A DNA stretch of 63,979 nucleotides, filler included, from Choristocarpus tenellus KU-1152 (GCA_964200185.2; 10 parts of 10 records of this genome joined end to end with filler, not necessarily neighbours in it), one strand, 5' to 3'. Positions 51,973 to 63,787 are shown, counted from the first letter of the whole stretch. Numbers and translations are program-made. The notes: generated by a model not told the origin, from the sequence alone.

Positions 51973-53446
51973 GACCTGAGATGCAATCATAAACGTGACC
52001 GTTAACAATATACGGTGCGAGACTTATGGAGCTTAACCTTCGCATGCAGCTCACTACTACGTAGATTGCCCACGCAGAACTCGGCACAATGGTTGTGTAA
52101 ACCCCTCTGTCGAAGGACAAACTGGATATCATGGTGTGGTCTCTACCTCCGGGCTTCAAGTTTCACAGAAGTCGAAGGCTGAGGTTGGGCAGAGCGTACG
52201 CGCTGGTGATTGCCATGTGTCAAGAGGGGGACTCGCGCTTGATCGAGTGGATCAGTCATTCATTGTGGAACAACAAGAAATCAAAGAGGGGTCGTGACTA
52301 CGATGGAAAGCGTGTATTCTTGGCCAAGCTCGATGATGAGGGCTGGCTGGCTGGTGAGCTTTTAGGCATAACAGTGGAGCTACAACAACAACGAAGAGTT
52401 TACGGTTGTACACTGACAGATGAGACATGGAGGATCACAACTCTTCTTCTCCCGTGAAAAAACTTGTCCTGGAAACGGAGAAACAGCCCTCCGACCCATA
52501 TACTGGACGACGGATGGACGGATGTCTAAGTAACTTGATTTTAGTCAGGAAATCACCCTCTCGCCTATCGCAACACAACCAACTCCAACCTATCTAATAA
52601 TGTTAGGAGTGATTCAAGGGTCACATCAAGCTTTATTTCGACAAAAAGCTCCTCTCCGATCAAAAGTTAGACCAGGACAAATTCTGTCCTAGAGGCGACT
52701 GCTAACACCATATGGAAAATCCCGTATTTACTTAAGCAGCAAAGGTTAACTATGTGTTGATCGCGAACAGCCCATACAGAACAATTAATTGTAACATATC
52801 CATTTTACCCTACGAAGAAATAACCATTTTTTACAAGGGACTGAGGTACAATCATTGCACCAATATCATGAAGTTCTAATGTGAGAGTGTTTCATTATCT
52901 GCGAAAAAGGGTGGAAAGGAACATGTGTTTCAGGCGAATAGCGTGAGCGTTTCTTCTTGTATTTCAACAAAGTTTGAACATTTGTTACACACGAAGAGCG
53001 CGAGCATTTTCTCCTCATGTGTTAGGAAATACGAACATTTGTAACAGACATATATATAGTGCGAAGATTGTTTCTCGAGTTTTGACAAGTGCGAACTATA
53101 TACGATATTAGTAACACATAGGTTAACCTTACAGAATAAGTGATTATTTTAAGGAGATGCAGAGTAAGATTCGGAATACCTACGTAATATTACAGNNNNN
53201 NNNNNNNNNNNNNNNNNNNNNNNNNNNNNNNNNNNNNNNTTAATTAATTAANNNNNNNNNNNNNNNNNNNNNNNNNNNNNNNNNNNNNNNNNNNNTTGGG
53301 GCATGTCCCCTCCTCCCCTTTTTATTTTCCCCCCTCTTTTTTTGGTCCCCCCCCCCCCCCCCCCCCCAGCTTCATCACAACAGCCTGGTAGCCCTAACCC
53401 TAGCCCTAACTCTATACCTGAACCTAACCGTTCGTCTACCATCCAG

Positions 53447-56391
53447 GAGGGAGCTGAAGGAGACAATGAAGACGCAGATGCACCTCAGGATGCCACAAGC
53501 CAGGAGGTCTTCCCCGTTCCACCACCAACACCTCCCCCAGATGTTCAGTTTTCCCTGGAATGGGTCCATGGCTATTCCGCCGCTGCATCTCGAGGGACAG
53601 TAATGTACTCAAAGGATGGAGCAGTGATATACCCGGCAGGTCGTGTGGCTGTGGTGTTGGTGCAACCCTTGGATGAGGAGGGCAACGAGCCAGAGGGTGC
53701 GTTGCCTATCCTGGTCGAGGTTAGGGTTAGGGTTAGGGTTAGGGTTAGCTCTTCTTTGGTCCAAAGTGGATGTAGAACGTTTCAATGGATACCACTCCTG
53801 CCTGCCAGAACGGACTCCGCCACAACACTTCACAGCGGATTTCATGGTCCACACCACTCCAAAAGCGTACTGTTTGGGGCGAAGGAGGGGGCGGTTGGAG
53901 GGGAGGGATACGTTAATAGAGCAATGCGGACAGGCGTATCTATCTCTATCTCTATCTATTTCTCGAAGAAGAAAAAGAAAAAGAAAAAGAAGAAGTAAAA
54001 GAAGAAGCATTAGTACACAACAACGAAGTAGAGGTACTTTGGACTTGACCTCTAAAAAGGTACACCACGTGAATCGGAGAGAGTTGTTGGTCCGACTTAT
54101 TCAGTCTCACTTAGGGTTAGGGTTAGGGTTAGGGTTAGGGTTAGGGTTAGGGTTACATGTGCAATGGATGGTAGGTGTGATGTAACAGTGTTTCCACATC
54201 ATCGTGGTGAAGGTAGGGTTAGGGTTAGGGTTAGTGGTATCTTTGAACGACGTGACTATAATTTTGCTGTTGGGACGGCGACTCGGATGTAACCCTACTA
54301 GTAGCACCATGGCACCTGACCTTTTTCTTAGGGTTAGAGTTCGCTGCTTCACCACCATAAGAACATTGAAGCCCTTGTTTTCATTTAGTAGGGAGTGAAA
54401 TTGTCTTAGGGTTAGGGTTAGGGTTAGGGTACGAGTTTTGCCCTGTTTGTCCGTCGGTTTGGGTCTTTATGTTTTCACCGTGTTTAACTCTTTCCTACTC
54501 CAAAATGCTTCGAAGTTAAGTTAGTTGGGTAAAATGTATACATTACGAGAAAGGCGTTTCCCAAACGAGGGTATCGACACACTTCCACAAACAAAGCACG
54601 ATAGCCAGAATAACCTAAAAATCGCAAACATTGGATTTTGTCCCCCCGAAATGGACGCAGCCCTGCCCTCTAAGGTACTTTGACTCGCCGCTCTCGTCAA
54701 TAAATACCCTCATACTAGTGTTAAATACTAGTGATTGCATAGTGTTGGCGTATCTAAAGTAGGGTTTTCAAATCGGAAAAGTCGGGGGTATGCCGAATAC
54801 AGCGTTCAAGAGCTGCTTGAAAAGAAAAGACAAGATCACACTCAAGTTACATACTTGAGGAAATCAAATCGCACTCAAGTTACATACTTGAGGAAATCAA
54901 ATCACACTCAAGTTACATACTTGAGGAAATCAAATCACACTCAAGTTACATACTTGAGGAAATCAAACCCCACCAAATAGCTTGCACTACTCTCCTTGTC
55001 CAAAGCACGACCACCTCCTTCTCCACCTATCTCCACACAAATGCACGGCCAGGTCCACGAGTCCAAACTTTTATGCAGGAGCACACCGACGAGATCACTT
55101 CCCTTGCGGTAAGCCCTTGTGGAAAGCAGGCAGCTACTGGAGAGGTTGGCGCCTTCCCCAAGGTAAAAAAGTTCGGGTCAAATCACCAACCTGCAGTCTG
55201 TAGGTCTATCTTCCTAGTCCTTGTTCATCCGCTTACTCCGGCGGACAAAAGCAAAGTTCCGTTTAGTGAAACGCTCTTGTTTGTTGTGTTGGTTGGTTGG
55301 GGGCCGCCACCTGAAGATAAGGGTGGGTGCATCTGAGGCACAAGACTTTCTAGTTCTGCGTTCCTGTTGTCACATGCCCATGAATGGATCGCTTCTGTTT
55401 TTGTTTTTTTAAGAAAGAGGTCGAGGTTTCCATTCGTCCGTGGTTTTCAACAACCTTCGGAGGATGTTAATAAATGAAGTGCATACGGTATTTGAGAAAA
55501 TGGGATTGTCCTACCTTGGCGGCCCCGCCAGAGCCCCCCTCCGCCCTCTCAATCCTAAACGATGGTCACTGATCATGCAGACGGCTCTGGCGTCGAAGAA
55601 AGACACCACGTAGATTGTTCTGCTTCAACTTGAGCTTCTTCTTCTTCTTCTTTTTTTTATCTCCCTATGTACTACAACCGTCTCTCCTTTCTCCTCTCGA
55701 TTGTGTCCCCTCACTTCTTGCTTGCTCTGATTCCATTCACAAACACACTGCCTGTACTGCACTGTTGCTGCAACCCCCCATATGTTTAAATAAATAAAAA
55801 AAAGTTAGCGGTTTGGAATATTGATACCAAGTCCATCTCCTCGGTGTTTGCCGGGGTGCATACTGTGGGGATTGACTACATAGCATGGTCTCCTTGCGGG
55901 TCTCTGCTGGCCTCTATCGGGGCGGACTCTATGCACAACCTCATCATTCACTCGATACCCTCAGGGGAGCAAGTATTCTCTTCAAGGTAAGAGCTCTGAT
56001 AGGGTTAGGGTTAGGATTTTTTCCCGTTCTCTCGTGCTTTGTTCGTCTTAGGGTTAGGATTAGTTGATGATCATCAACTTTCGTCAGGGGGGAAGGTATT
56101 TCAAGAGGGGTGGGGGGGTGGGGGGGGGGACAATTTGAAATCTTAAATGCAATTCGCAGAAGCTTTTTTGAGAAAATTTTGGTTTGCCGTAAGGACCGTT
56201 CTCGGATCTTGGTATTCGGGCAAGAAACAACGAAGAGTTTGCGTTAGTGTTCAGCGTCCAAGAAAAAGAGTCAAATTAAATATAGAAAATTAAAAAAAGA
56301 AAAAGAAAAAACTGGCTATACAATCACGGGTTGCAATAGTCCCTGGAGCAAAAGCGAACAATTGTAAAATCATTGTAACATCGCACTCTCA

Positions 56392-56422
<31 letters not shown>

Positions 56423-58804
56423 TATTATTATTTTTTTTTCACACTTGGTTTTGGGGGGTACCCGCAATCACAAGTCTGAAAAAGTCGCACAGAGTATGGT
56501 ACCAGAACCCACAACGGAACTGCATCCCAATCCAGCAAGGCTGCCCCTCTGCCCCCACTCACCATGCGACTCTCACCAGGACTGGCCAAAGTCGTCCCCT
56601 TGGCATGGCCTGGAGTGGCAATGGGCGATCATTGGTCACATGTGGCCAGATGGACCCGAACAGCTCTCCTCTTGTTTTCTGGACTAGAGAGGGGCTCACA
56701 CCCTCCTTCACTCGAAAGAGGTACTTAAGTACTTGGCCATACCAAAGCTTGTCATGTTGTCAAGGTTCAGAACCAAAGTGTCCTAGACGGGGATGGATTT
56801 TGGTTAGTTTGTTGTTAAGGCGTGTTGATTTATTTATTTTGTTTATTTCTGACATCCCGTTCTTCTTGTGGGCACAAATTCGGAGCCGAAGTAAGTATCT
56901 TAGGGTTAGGGTAGGGCCACGTCCATTTGGGGCCCAAAAACCATTGTTACGATCTTGACGCAATTTTGATCATCGTGTTTGTTAGGAAGTTTTGTCAGTA
57001 TCATTTATTTATTTATTTTTTTTCCGGACACACATCTTTTTCATACAACGTACACGTTTTAACTACACCGAAACATTTTGGAGTAGGAAAGTGTTGTTAA
57101 AAAAGCCCATGGGAAAGTCAAGCCCCAAATGGACAAACAGGGCAGAAATCGTACCCTCTGAGATATACTTTCACTCTGAGGCGACTCTGGTCAGGAGACA
57201 AAAAGGATATGGAGAAAAGCAAGAACCTGTGTGGGATGTATGGTTTGTCATTGAACTTGAAGAGTGCAGTGACGTAAAGCAATGCATTTTTTTCTTTTTA
57301 AGAATGTAGCTAGGTGAACACGGCGCAAAGCAGAAACAGGGGGCCCTTTTAATGAATGAAGAATAGCAATCCTCTCTAGGAGACCTCTCTGGCTTTCAAT
57401 TTGTTGGAGCGGTATGCACTATTCTTTTTCTAGTGCTTTTTTCACTCCACAGTCACTCCTATCGGATTGGACCACGGTCATTCCTGACTCAGGGCCACCT
57501 TCCCACACTTCTACCCTTAATGTTTACGACACAATTCCGATGGTGTGGTAAGGAAGCAGTCCCCAGATACCATGAATACCGCTTTTCTGCGCTTTGACCT
57601 CCCATGCCTTTCTCGAAACCATCGCCCAACCTACAAAATAAAAAGGGGTATTCTGGGGCCCTCCAAGAAGGCCCAAGGGCCGGGTGCTCAGGGAGTCCAG
57701 GTCTGTGTCTGTGCCAACACAGGCGAGGCACACCCAAGTGCCCCTGTCATGGTCTCGGGTGGGCTTGATGGGAGCTTGTGCCTGTGGCGTGGGCGAAACT
57801 TCACGGTTGCTGTAGAAGGTGCCCACATTGGGGCGGTGACTGTGGTATCAGCCTCCTCCTCTCGGGGAGGAGTGGTGGTATCTGGCGGAGGAGATGGCAA
57901 GGCAAGAGGGCTTTTGGGTTTGATCGTACAATAGCGTTGTAGTCACAATCAAGCAGAACAATAGCATTGTAGTCGCTCACTCACCCCCCAGTACCACGGA
58001 GATCCTAACCCTGATCCTAGCAGTGAATAAAAAGAAAAGAGTAAAGGTTCTCTAGACGTAAAACACCTGGGGGGAGGGCAAGTACTACACTTCACAGGAT
58101 CGACAGGAAGTGAAAAAAAAAAAAATGCCAGCGACAAGCCAAGACGATGAGGCGCAGCATGTTGTTGACTTCTGTACACAAAGGCCCTGATTCACACCAG
58201 AGGGGGATGCGTGTGTAGGCGTGACCTACATGTCAGTGATTCTTGTGGCTGGAAGTACAACACGATTTGTTCAAAGCTAGATCGCACTGTATAGTGCACT
58301 ACTCTGAGCTTACTCCAAGGTCAGGAGCCCATCAATTGGTCGTAGGCGCGAGACTCCCAGCTCAGGATTTCACCGCCCTAACCCTAAAAAGATCCCAGTC
58401 CTCCTAATCTCCTCCAATATGCACCTACTTCAGATAAAGTTATTCAAGCTTTTGTTGTTGCTAGGGAATTTTTTATATATATATATATATATATATGTTT
58501 TGCAGAAAGCAACAACGAAAAAAAGACACAATGTGCATCAAAAAAAGACACAATGTGCATTATGGTAACATCTCTTACTACCACTGTATCCTTTCAATGC
58601 TGGGTTTCACATCACAGGGATCGATGTGTCTGTATGACTGCCTTCGCATGCCATCACCCAATTTCCAGTGCATTAGGTAGCCCCAACTAATAATACCTGC
58701 CCACCACCTTCCCACTTTAGGTGCGACTGTGGTCCTCAGCTGACCTCAGCGTTCTTTCAACTTTGGACATCTTGGCTTGTAACTCTGCTGCAGGTCTCCG
58801 TCAG
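53447..58804 (+). CDS. Echinoderm microtubule-associated protein-like (EML5/6-type) HELP + WD40 protein (internal exons)
   Basis: Exons 53447-53696 (HELP motif P...FSLEWVHGY....RGTVMY...G.VIYPAG), 55053-55162 (QTFMQEHTDEITSLAV), 55805-55986, 56580-56720, 57646-57901 (AHIGAV...SGGGDGK), 58721-58804 (VRLW). Phases are consistent; one GC donor. Confidence 0.9.
53719..53748 (+). repeat. Interstitial telomeric repeat (TTAGGG)~5
   Basis: GG(TTAGGG)4TTAG, ~22 bp into an EML intron. Confidence 0.95.
54111..54155 (+). repeat. Interstitial telomeric repeat (TTAGGG)7
   Basis: Seven perfect units inside an EML intron; longest tract in the window. Confidence 0.95.
54393..54686 (+). mobile_element. MITE family B with (TTAGGG)4 in the left TIR
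   Basis: GAGTGAAATTGTC(TTAGGG)4TACGAGTTTTGCCC...CCCTCTAAGGTACTTTGACTC. Confidence 0.85.
54835..54966. repeat. 33-bp minisatellite x4
   Basis: Unit ATCACACTCAAGTTACATACTTGAGGAAATCAA, four head-to-tail copies with one substitution. Confidence 0.95.
56883..57176 (-). mobile_element. MITE family B with (TTAGGG)2 in one TIR
   Basis: GAGCCGAAGTAAGTATC(TTAGGG)2TAGGGCCACGTCCATTTGG...TACCCTCTGAGATATACTTTCACTC. Confidence 0.88.
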
Positions 58805-58923
58805 GTACGCACGCACGCCTGTGTCAATTCATTGTAGCAACCGCCTTACTATTTTCAGGCTCAACCTCTACAAAGCGCCGTTGCCACCTGGGAATGTAAC
58901 CGCCAGTCCATTGCAGGGTAGTT

Positions 58924-59239
58924 GAGACCCGAAGCATTCAAGAGGGTAGGAGTCTTGCCCTGTTTATTGGCTTCCCAAGGGTTTTTTACGCCCTCTTTCG
59001 ATTTTCTGTGTGAACACTAACCCTAACCCTATTATGTAAACGACTATGAAAAAGGCGTGTCCGGAGCGAAGGCGTTGACACTTCCTAACAAAAAAAACAC
59101 ACACACACGATAGTCAAAAATTACATCAAAATTGCAACATCGGATTAATGATCCCGGACGGATGCGGCCCTACCCAAAGTACATCAAAGTACATCAAAGT
59201 ACATCAAAGTACATCAAAGTACATCAATTTTTTTGAGTC
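58924..59239 (+). mobile_element. MITE family B, degraded copy
   Basis: AGAGGGTAGGAGTCTTGCCCTGTTT...GTTGACACTTCCTAAC...AATTACATCAAAATTGCAACAT; internal CTAACCCTAACCCT; right TIR replaced by a 10-bp tandem array. Confidence 0.75.
59175..59227. repeat. 10-bp tandem repeat (CAAAGTACAT)x5
   Basis: Five exact copies plus CAA. Confidence 0.95.
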
Positions 59240-59266
59240 ACGAATTATTCTGTGACATTAGAGTTT

Positions 59267-59456
59267 CACCCAAAGTACTTGGGGAAGGGGGAAGGGGGGG
59301 GGGTCTACCCCAGGGTGTCCATTTTTGGGACAAAATCAGGAAAAGTGCTTTTACATTATCCATCCAACGTATGCAACCAAATCACACAAAAATGGCGATA
59401 TGAGAAAGTTGACCCCCAAATGGACAGCCGCCACCCCCCCCCAGATACTTCGAGCC
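59267..59456 (+). mobile_element. MITE family A, full copy
   Basis: TIRs CACCCAAAGTACTTGGGG / CCCCAGATACTTCGAGCC; TSD TTT. Confidence 0.88.
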
Positions 59457-59784
59457 TTTTAGAGTGTCTAATGCATACTAAAGTAGTGCAGAGGCATAAA
59501 ACTCAAGCCATCCTTGATGATGGAGACATTTCTGATTTGTTTTTTTTTCCCAGTTCCAATGAAAAAAAATACTTCTGAAACCACTGTATTGTTGTGCATA
59601 TGCATTCCTATTTTATGACACGTAAAGGGTGTATCCTTTTTTGGCGAGGATGAAACCTATAGAGAAGTGAACTGAAGCCTAGAGGGCCTTAACACCCCCC
59701 AACTGTCAACTCCGTACAATGGAAAGGGGTTCACCAGTCAGCGCTTGCCTTTCATTCGAGCCCAAATCAGCCTCAGAAGCATCT

Positions 59785-59912
59785 GACCCAAAGTATCTGG
59801 GGGGGGGGGGGGGGGGGGAGGGTCTACACCTGGGCGTCCATTTGGACAATAACCAGGAAAAGTGCACTTACATTATCAATCCGACGTGTGCAACCAAATA
59901 ACCCAAAAATTG
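59785..59912 (+). mobile_element. MITE family A, partial (contig end)
   Basis: GACCCAAAGTATCTGGGG... plus the internal A sequence up to the spacer. Confidence 0.88.
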
Positions 59913-60662
59913 NNNNNNNNNNNNNNNNNNNNNNNNNNNNNNNNNNNNNNNNNNNNTTAATTAATTAANNNNNNNNNNNNNNNNNNNNNNNNNNNNNNNN
60001 NNNNNNNNNNNNCCCCCTACCATGTGCGTAGCTACTCATCCAGAAAACTTTCTGCTTGCTTATCAAGCGCCCAAAGCTTCCTATTGCAAAGATGTTGAAG
60101 TCAAACTAGTAGATCACATCATTACATAAAACAAGTTTTTATTATGACCTTTGACATTTTACAGATGTGTCCAAAAAATCAATGAAAAACCATTCAAATA
60201 TCAGAACAACCCCTTCAGAAGTAACAGTTGTCGTGATGGTGAAAGACAATTTTCTATTTTACTAACAGCTATGGTACACCCCTCTTTATTGTACCTCCAA
60301 CCTAAGTTAGTGCTACACAGGGTGAACAGGGAAACAACCCATATATATAATATTTTTATTATTATAACCGCTGACATTGTCCAGATATGTGTCAGGGGGA
60401 AATATATATTGCTGTGCGAATTGGAACAAAATATGGTGTATCGCTTAAGAAGTGACATCTATACCTTTCCTTGTCAATTCTCCAAATATCACTATCTTAC
60501 ATGATACACACAATAAATACACAATAGATTCAAACTTCCAGATAATGCCGTTACCGGCATAGACTGGGTCCTTATGGAAATTTGAAGGTTCCAGATCACA
60601 GATAGTAGTTTGTGAATCACCACTCAGAACCCACTTGTGACGTGCGAAAGGCGAGTCAAGAG

Positions 60663-62202
60663 ATGGCGGACCTTAGAGATGAAGCCAAAGGAGGAAATGA
60701 CCATTCTAATGTGTCTTTATTCAAGAAGAAGTCATCTGCCTTCAAGAAGGTCACCTTTGGTGGTAGGGGTCGTGGGGGGTCGACTTTCAAGGGTGGGATG
60801 CGGAGGAAGAGAGACGAAAGCAGTGACAGCAGCAGCGGAGATGATGGTGAAGAAAGTAGTGTGGTTGTGGCGGTAAAACGTCCGAAGAAAGGGGTGAACA
60901 GCTTTAGCACTGGGACAGGCCAGGAAGCTGAAGCTAGGGCTGCCACAAGGTGTGTGTGTGAAGGGGTGAGAGGAGACTGGATGACAGAATAGATGATAGA
61001 CGTCTACCTTGTTTTATGGGATTAGGGTGACTAATTTTGTTCACACCTGAAGAGTTTATTTTACCAATATTCGTACTATGGTTGTGAGTGGTTGTGGGAA
61101 AATGGAAGGGTTGCACTCCTATTCTACGCCCACTTTGTTTGAGTAGCTCAATGTGCCTCAGGCCGTGGATAGTCGTCACGATATCGTGGGAATACTGCAG
61201 TAAGTTTGGGGTGCTTTTCATCTAATCACATTGATCGGTATTTTTCTTTGCGTCTATGTATTTAACTGCCTTCTTCCCGTACTTCCTTGATTGCCAAGAA
61301 CGCATTTCAGGGGAGCATTGCTTTCAGTAAAGCAGTATCACTCATCCTCAATATATCCTTCTAATGATTTGAGACGTGTATGGTACAACTCACATTTGTG
61401 TTATTATTGACTACACCCACCATACGTATGATGAAATCTATGGCCATCGCCTCCCAATGCCTAGTGAACTCTGCGTGGCCCTGTGATCTGATGTGAGATC
61501 AAAGATCAATCATACCGCCCTGTGATTCCCCTATCTTTCCCTATTTTTTTCCGAAGTGTGTGAGGTATGTCGTTGTAAATCAGTTTGTGAGCATGAGGAA
61601 CCGTGGCAAGGTCCTCGATAGGGTCGCTTCACCTCTTGCGATGTACTGTTAACACCTGTAGTTCCATCGCTCTCAACTATGCACCGAACCCTACCGAGCC
61701 TTGAATATCACTTTATTTCTTATTGTATATACATAATCACAGTGAAAGGAAAGTGCTAGAAAAGCAAGTTAAGGAAATGATTGAATCACTCCACTTCATT
61801 TCTTCTGCGATGTCAACGGTTGTCGAGAGCTCTTCAGGAGATAGTGGCTCCTCGCCGTCCATGGATACACGTTGTTAGCTATTTTCACTTGTTCCGTTGC
61901 ATGGTGCATATTGCGCATGTCTGATCAGTGCATACTGCTGATCCACTATTATTAGTACGTTGTATTTGGAGTACCCTGAACTGACCACTCTAACCCTAAC
62001 CCTGGCCCCTGTATTGTTTGATTGCGAAACCACTCGACAGGGAGGCTCTGGCAAAAGACGTCATGTCAGCCAATCGGTTTAATTCTTCACGCACTGCGGT
62101 ACCGGTGAAAAATGCTGGTGATGCCTTCCATTACTCTGAGGTTGACACGGAGGCAGATAGGGATGCACGTGCCATTCTAGAGAAGAACGTCAAGCTCAAC
62201 AA
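60663..62202 (+). CDS. CWC24: Pre-mRNA splicing factor CWC24 / RNF113A homologue (first two exons)
   Basis: Exon 60663-60949 (MADL...FKKK...RRKRDESSDSSSGDDGEESSVV) and exon 62041-62202 (FNSSRTAVP...GDAF...EVDTEADRDARAILEKN), joined by a phase-2 intron. The E.DTE.DRDARAI.E motif is typical of CWC24/RNF113. Confidence 0.85.
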
Positions 62203-62742
62203 GTGAGCAGATATCATAGTGCCGTGCATAACCTAACCTAACCTAACCCTGTCATGGAGACATTGCACTTTGTACGTTATTGCAGTGGTATGCTTATCTA
62301 TAGCTATATTTATATTTTTAGCTTATTTAATGAATGGTACAATAAAAAAAATGCTTGCGATTGATCTTGCCCTTGCAAAATCGGATGTATGCACAGTATC
62401 AGGCAAAGCTCGTGTACTGTTTTCTTTGTTGCGAAGGTACTGCTCTGGATCCAACCATGTAGCCCTCCATTCAGTTTTTTTTGTGCTTTCAAAATAGGAA
62501 AAATTTTTTATTCTACCAGTTTACTCGCTGAATCGCTCCCCTTTTTTGTTCATTGGTATTTATTTATGTTTCACATGAAGATTTTTTTGGCACAGCCCTA
62601 ACACTGATCCTGTTTTTTTTTTGTGCTCTATAAAATAGTAAGTGATAAGAGCGGTATGGCTTTGTGGTATTTTTTCACTAACGGTAGGATAAACTTGGTA
62701 CACACTATCAACAGTTTCTTGATGGTGATGCCATAGCGCATA

Positions 62743-63001
62743 GAGTGAAAGTATCTTAGAGGGTATGAGTTTTGCCCTGTTTGTCCATTTGGAGCTTGAC
62801 TTCCCTTGGAGTTTTTTATGACATTTTCCTAGTCCGAAATATTTTGGATTAGGTAAAATGTGTATGTTATGAAAAGGTGTGTCCGGAACAACGATATTGA
62901 CACTTCCCAACAATCACAGCAGTCAAAATTATATCGAAATCACAACATTGGATTTTGCCGCCCAAATGGACGAGGGTCTACCCTCTAAGATACTTTGGCT
63001 C
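62743..63001 (+). mobile_element. MITE family B, full copy
   Basis: TIRs GAGTGAAAGTATCTTAGAGGGTA / TACCCTCTAAGATACTTTGGCTC; flanked by ATA on both sides. Confidence 0.92.
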
Positions 63002-63787
63002 ATACCGTGCCGTAACCCTAACCCTGAGTCACTGTGACTAAGCTTTCGATCTAACTGTCAATCGGCATTACAGAGTTGCTATGTAATGTTACGCCAATGT
63101 ATGTGGCGCAGAAGTGCAGAGGGGTTGATTTGGATGTTTTTTCCTGGATGTGCTCATTACTAGCTGGTAACAGTAACAAGAACTCTGACCTTCCAACCGT
63201 TAGATGTGATGGTGAAATATGGTCACCTGCAATATAACTGCATTGTGGAAAGAGTTGGTTTGTGAGAAGAAAATGGCATGGCATGGGCTTATCAGATAGG
63301 TACTTTAGGGCTACTTGTGTGTGTGACCTTTTTGTGCAGTGTCTATGTTGCTACCACATAGAGTCAACCGGGGATACCTCATGTTTTACGCAATCAGACG
63401 TTTGCAGGATCAAATCCCAGTTGGACCACTTTTTTTTCTCGCTATGGCGATTGGATAACTAATTGAGTGACAGAGGGTTGCAGGAATAATCTCAAGGGGA
63501 AACATAAAGATTGAGATGACTGCTCAGCGAGGAAGAATACACATTTGTCAATGATAATGTCAATGGAGATGGCTCACGGACTATACTGGTAGGTCCCCAG
63601 CCTTAGATTTTGTCAAAATATCGAGATATCTGTATATAGAGAGAGATTGATAGATGTATAGAGATATGCCTGTACCACCGTGGCAGAAAGTTGCTTGAGC
63701 ATGGTACTTACATACTCACACATACACACACACCTATATATATATATATATATACACATTTTTTAATATATATCAATGTTTGACACA

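Noticed and set aside
52131-52457. 108-aa ORF in a GC-richer patch
   Set aside because: No recognisable domain or clear splice structure; cannot distinguish TE remnant from gene.
53719-53725. Telomeric repeat supplying the 5' splice site of an EML exon (GAG|GTTAGG)
   Set aside because: The upstream donor G|GTGCGT at 53697 gives the phase-1 junction that restores the QTF...H motif in the next exon.
53643-54398. ORFs with GLGLG / VRVRV / NPNPNP repeats
   Set aside because: These are translations of (TTAGGG)n tracts in introns, not proteins.
54835-54966. CRISPR-like array (33-bp palindromic repeats)
   Set aside because: Units are head-to-tail with no spacers, there are no cas genes, and the context is a eukaryotic intron.
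59252-59578. Recurring short ORFs with GGSTPGCPF / PKYLGGG motifs at many loci
   Set aside because: These are translations of non-coding MITE family A copies.
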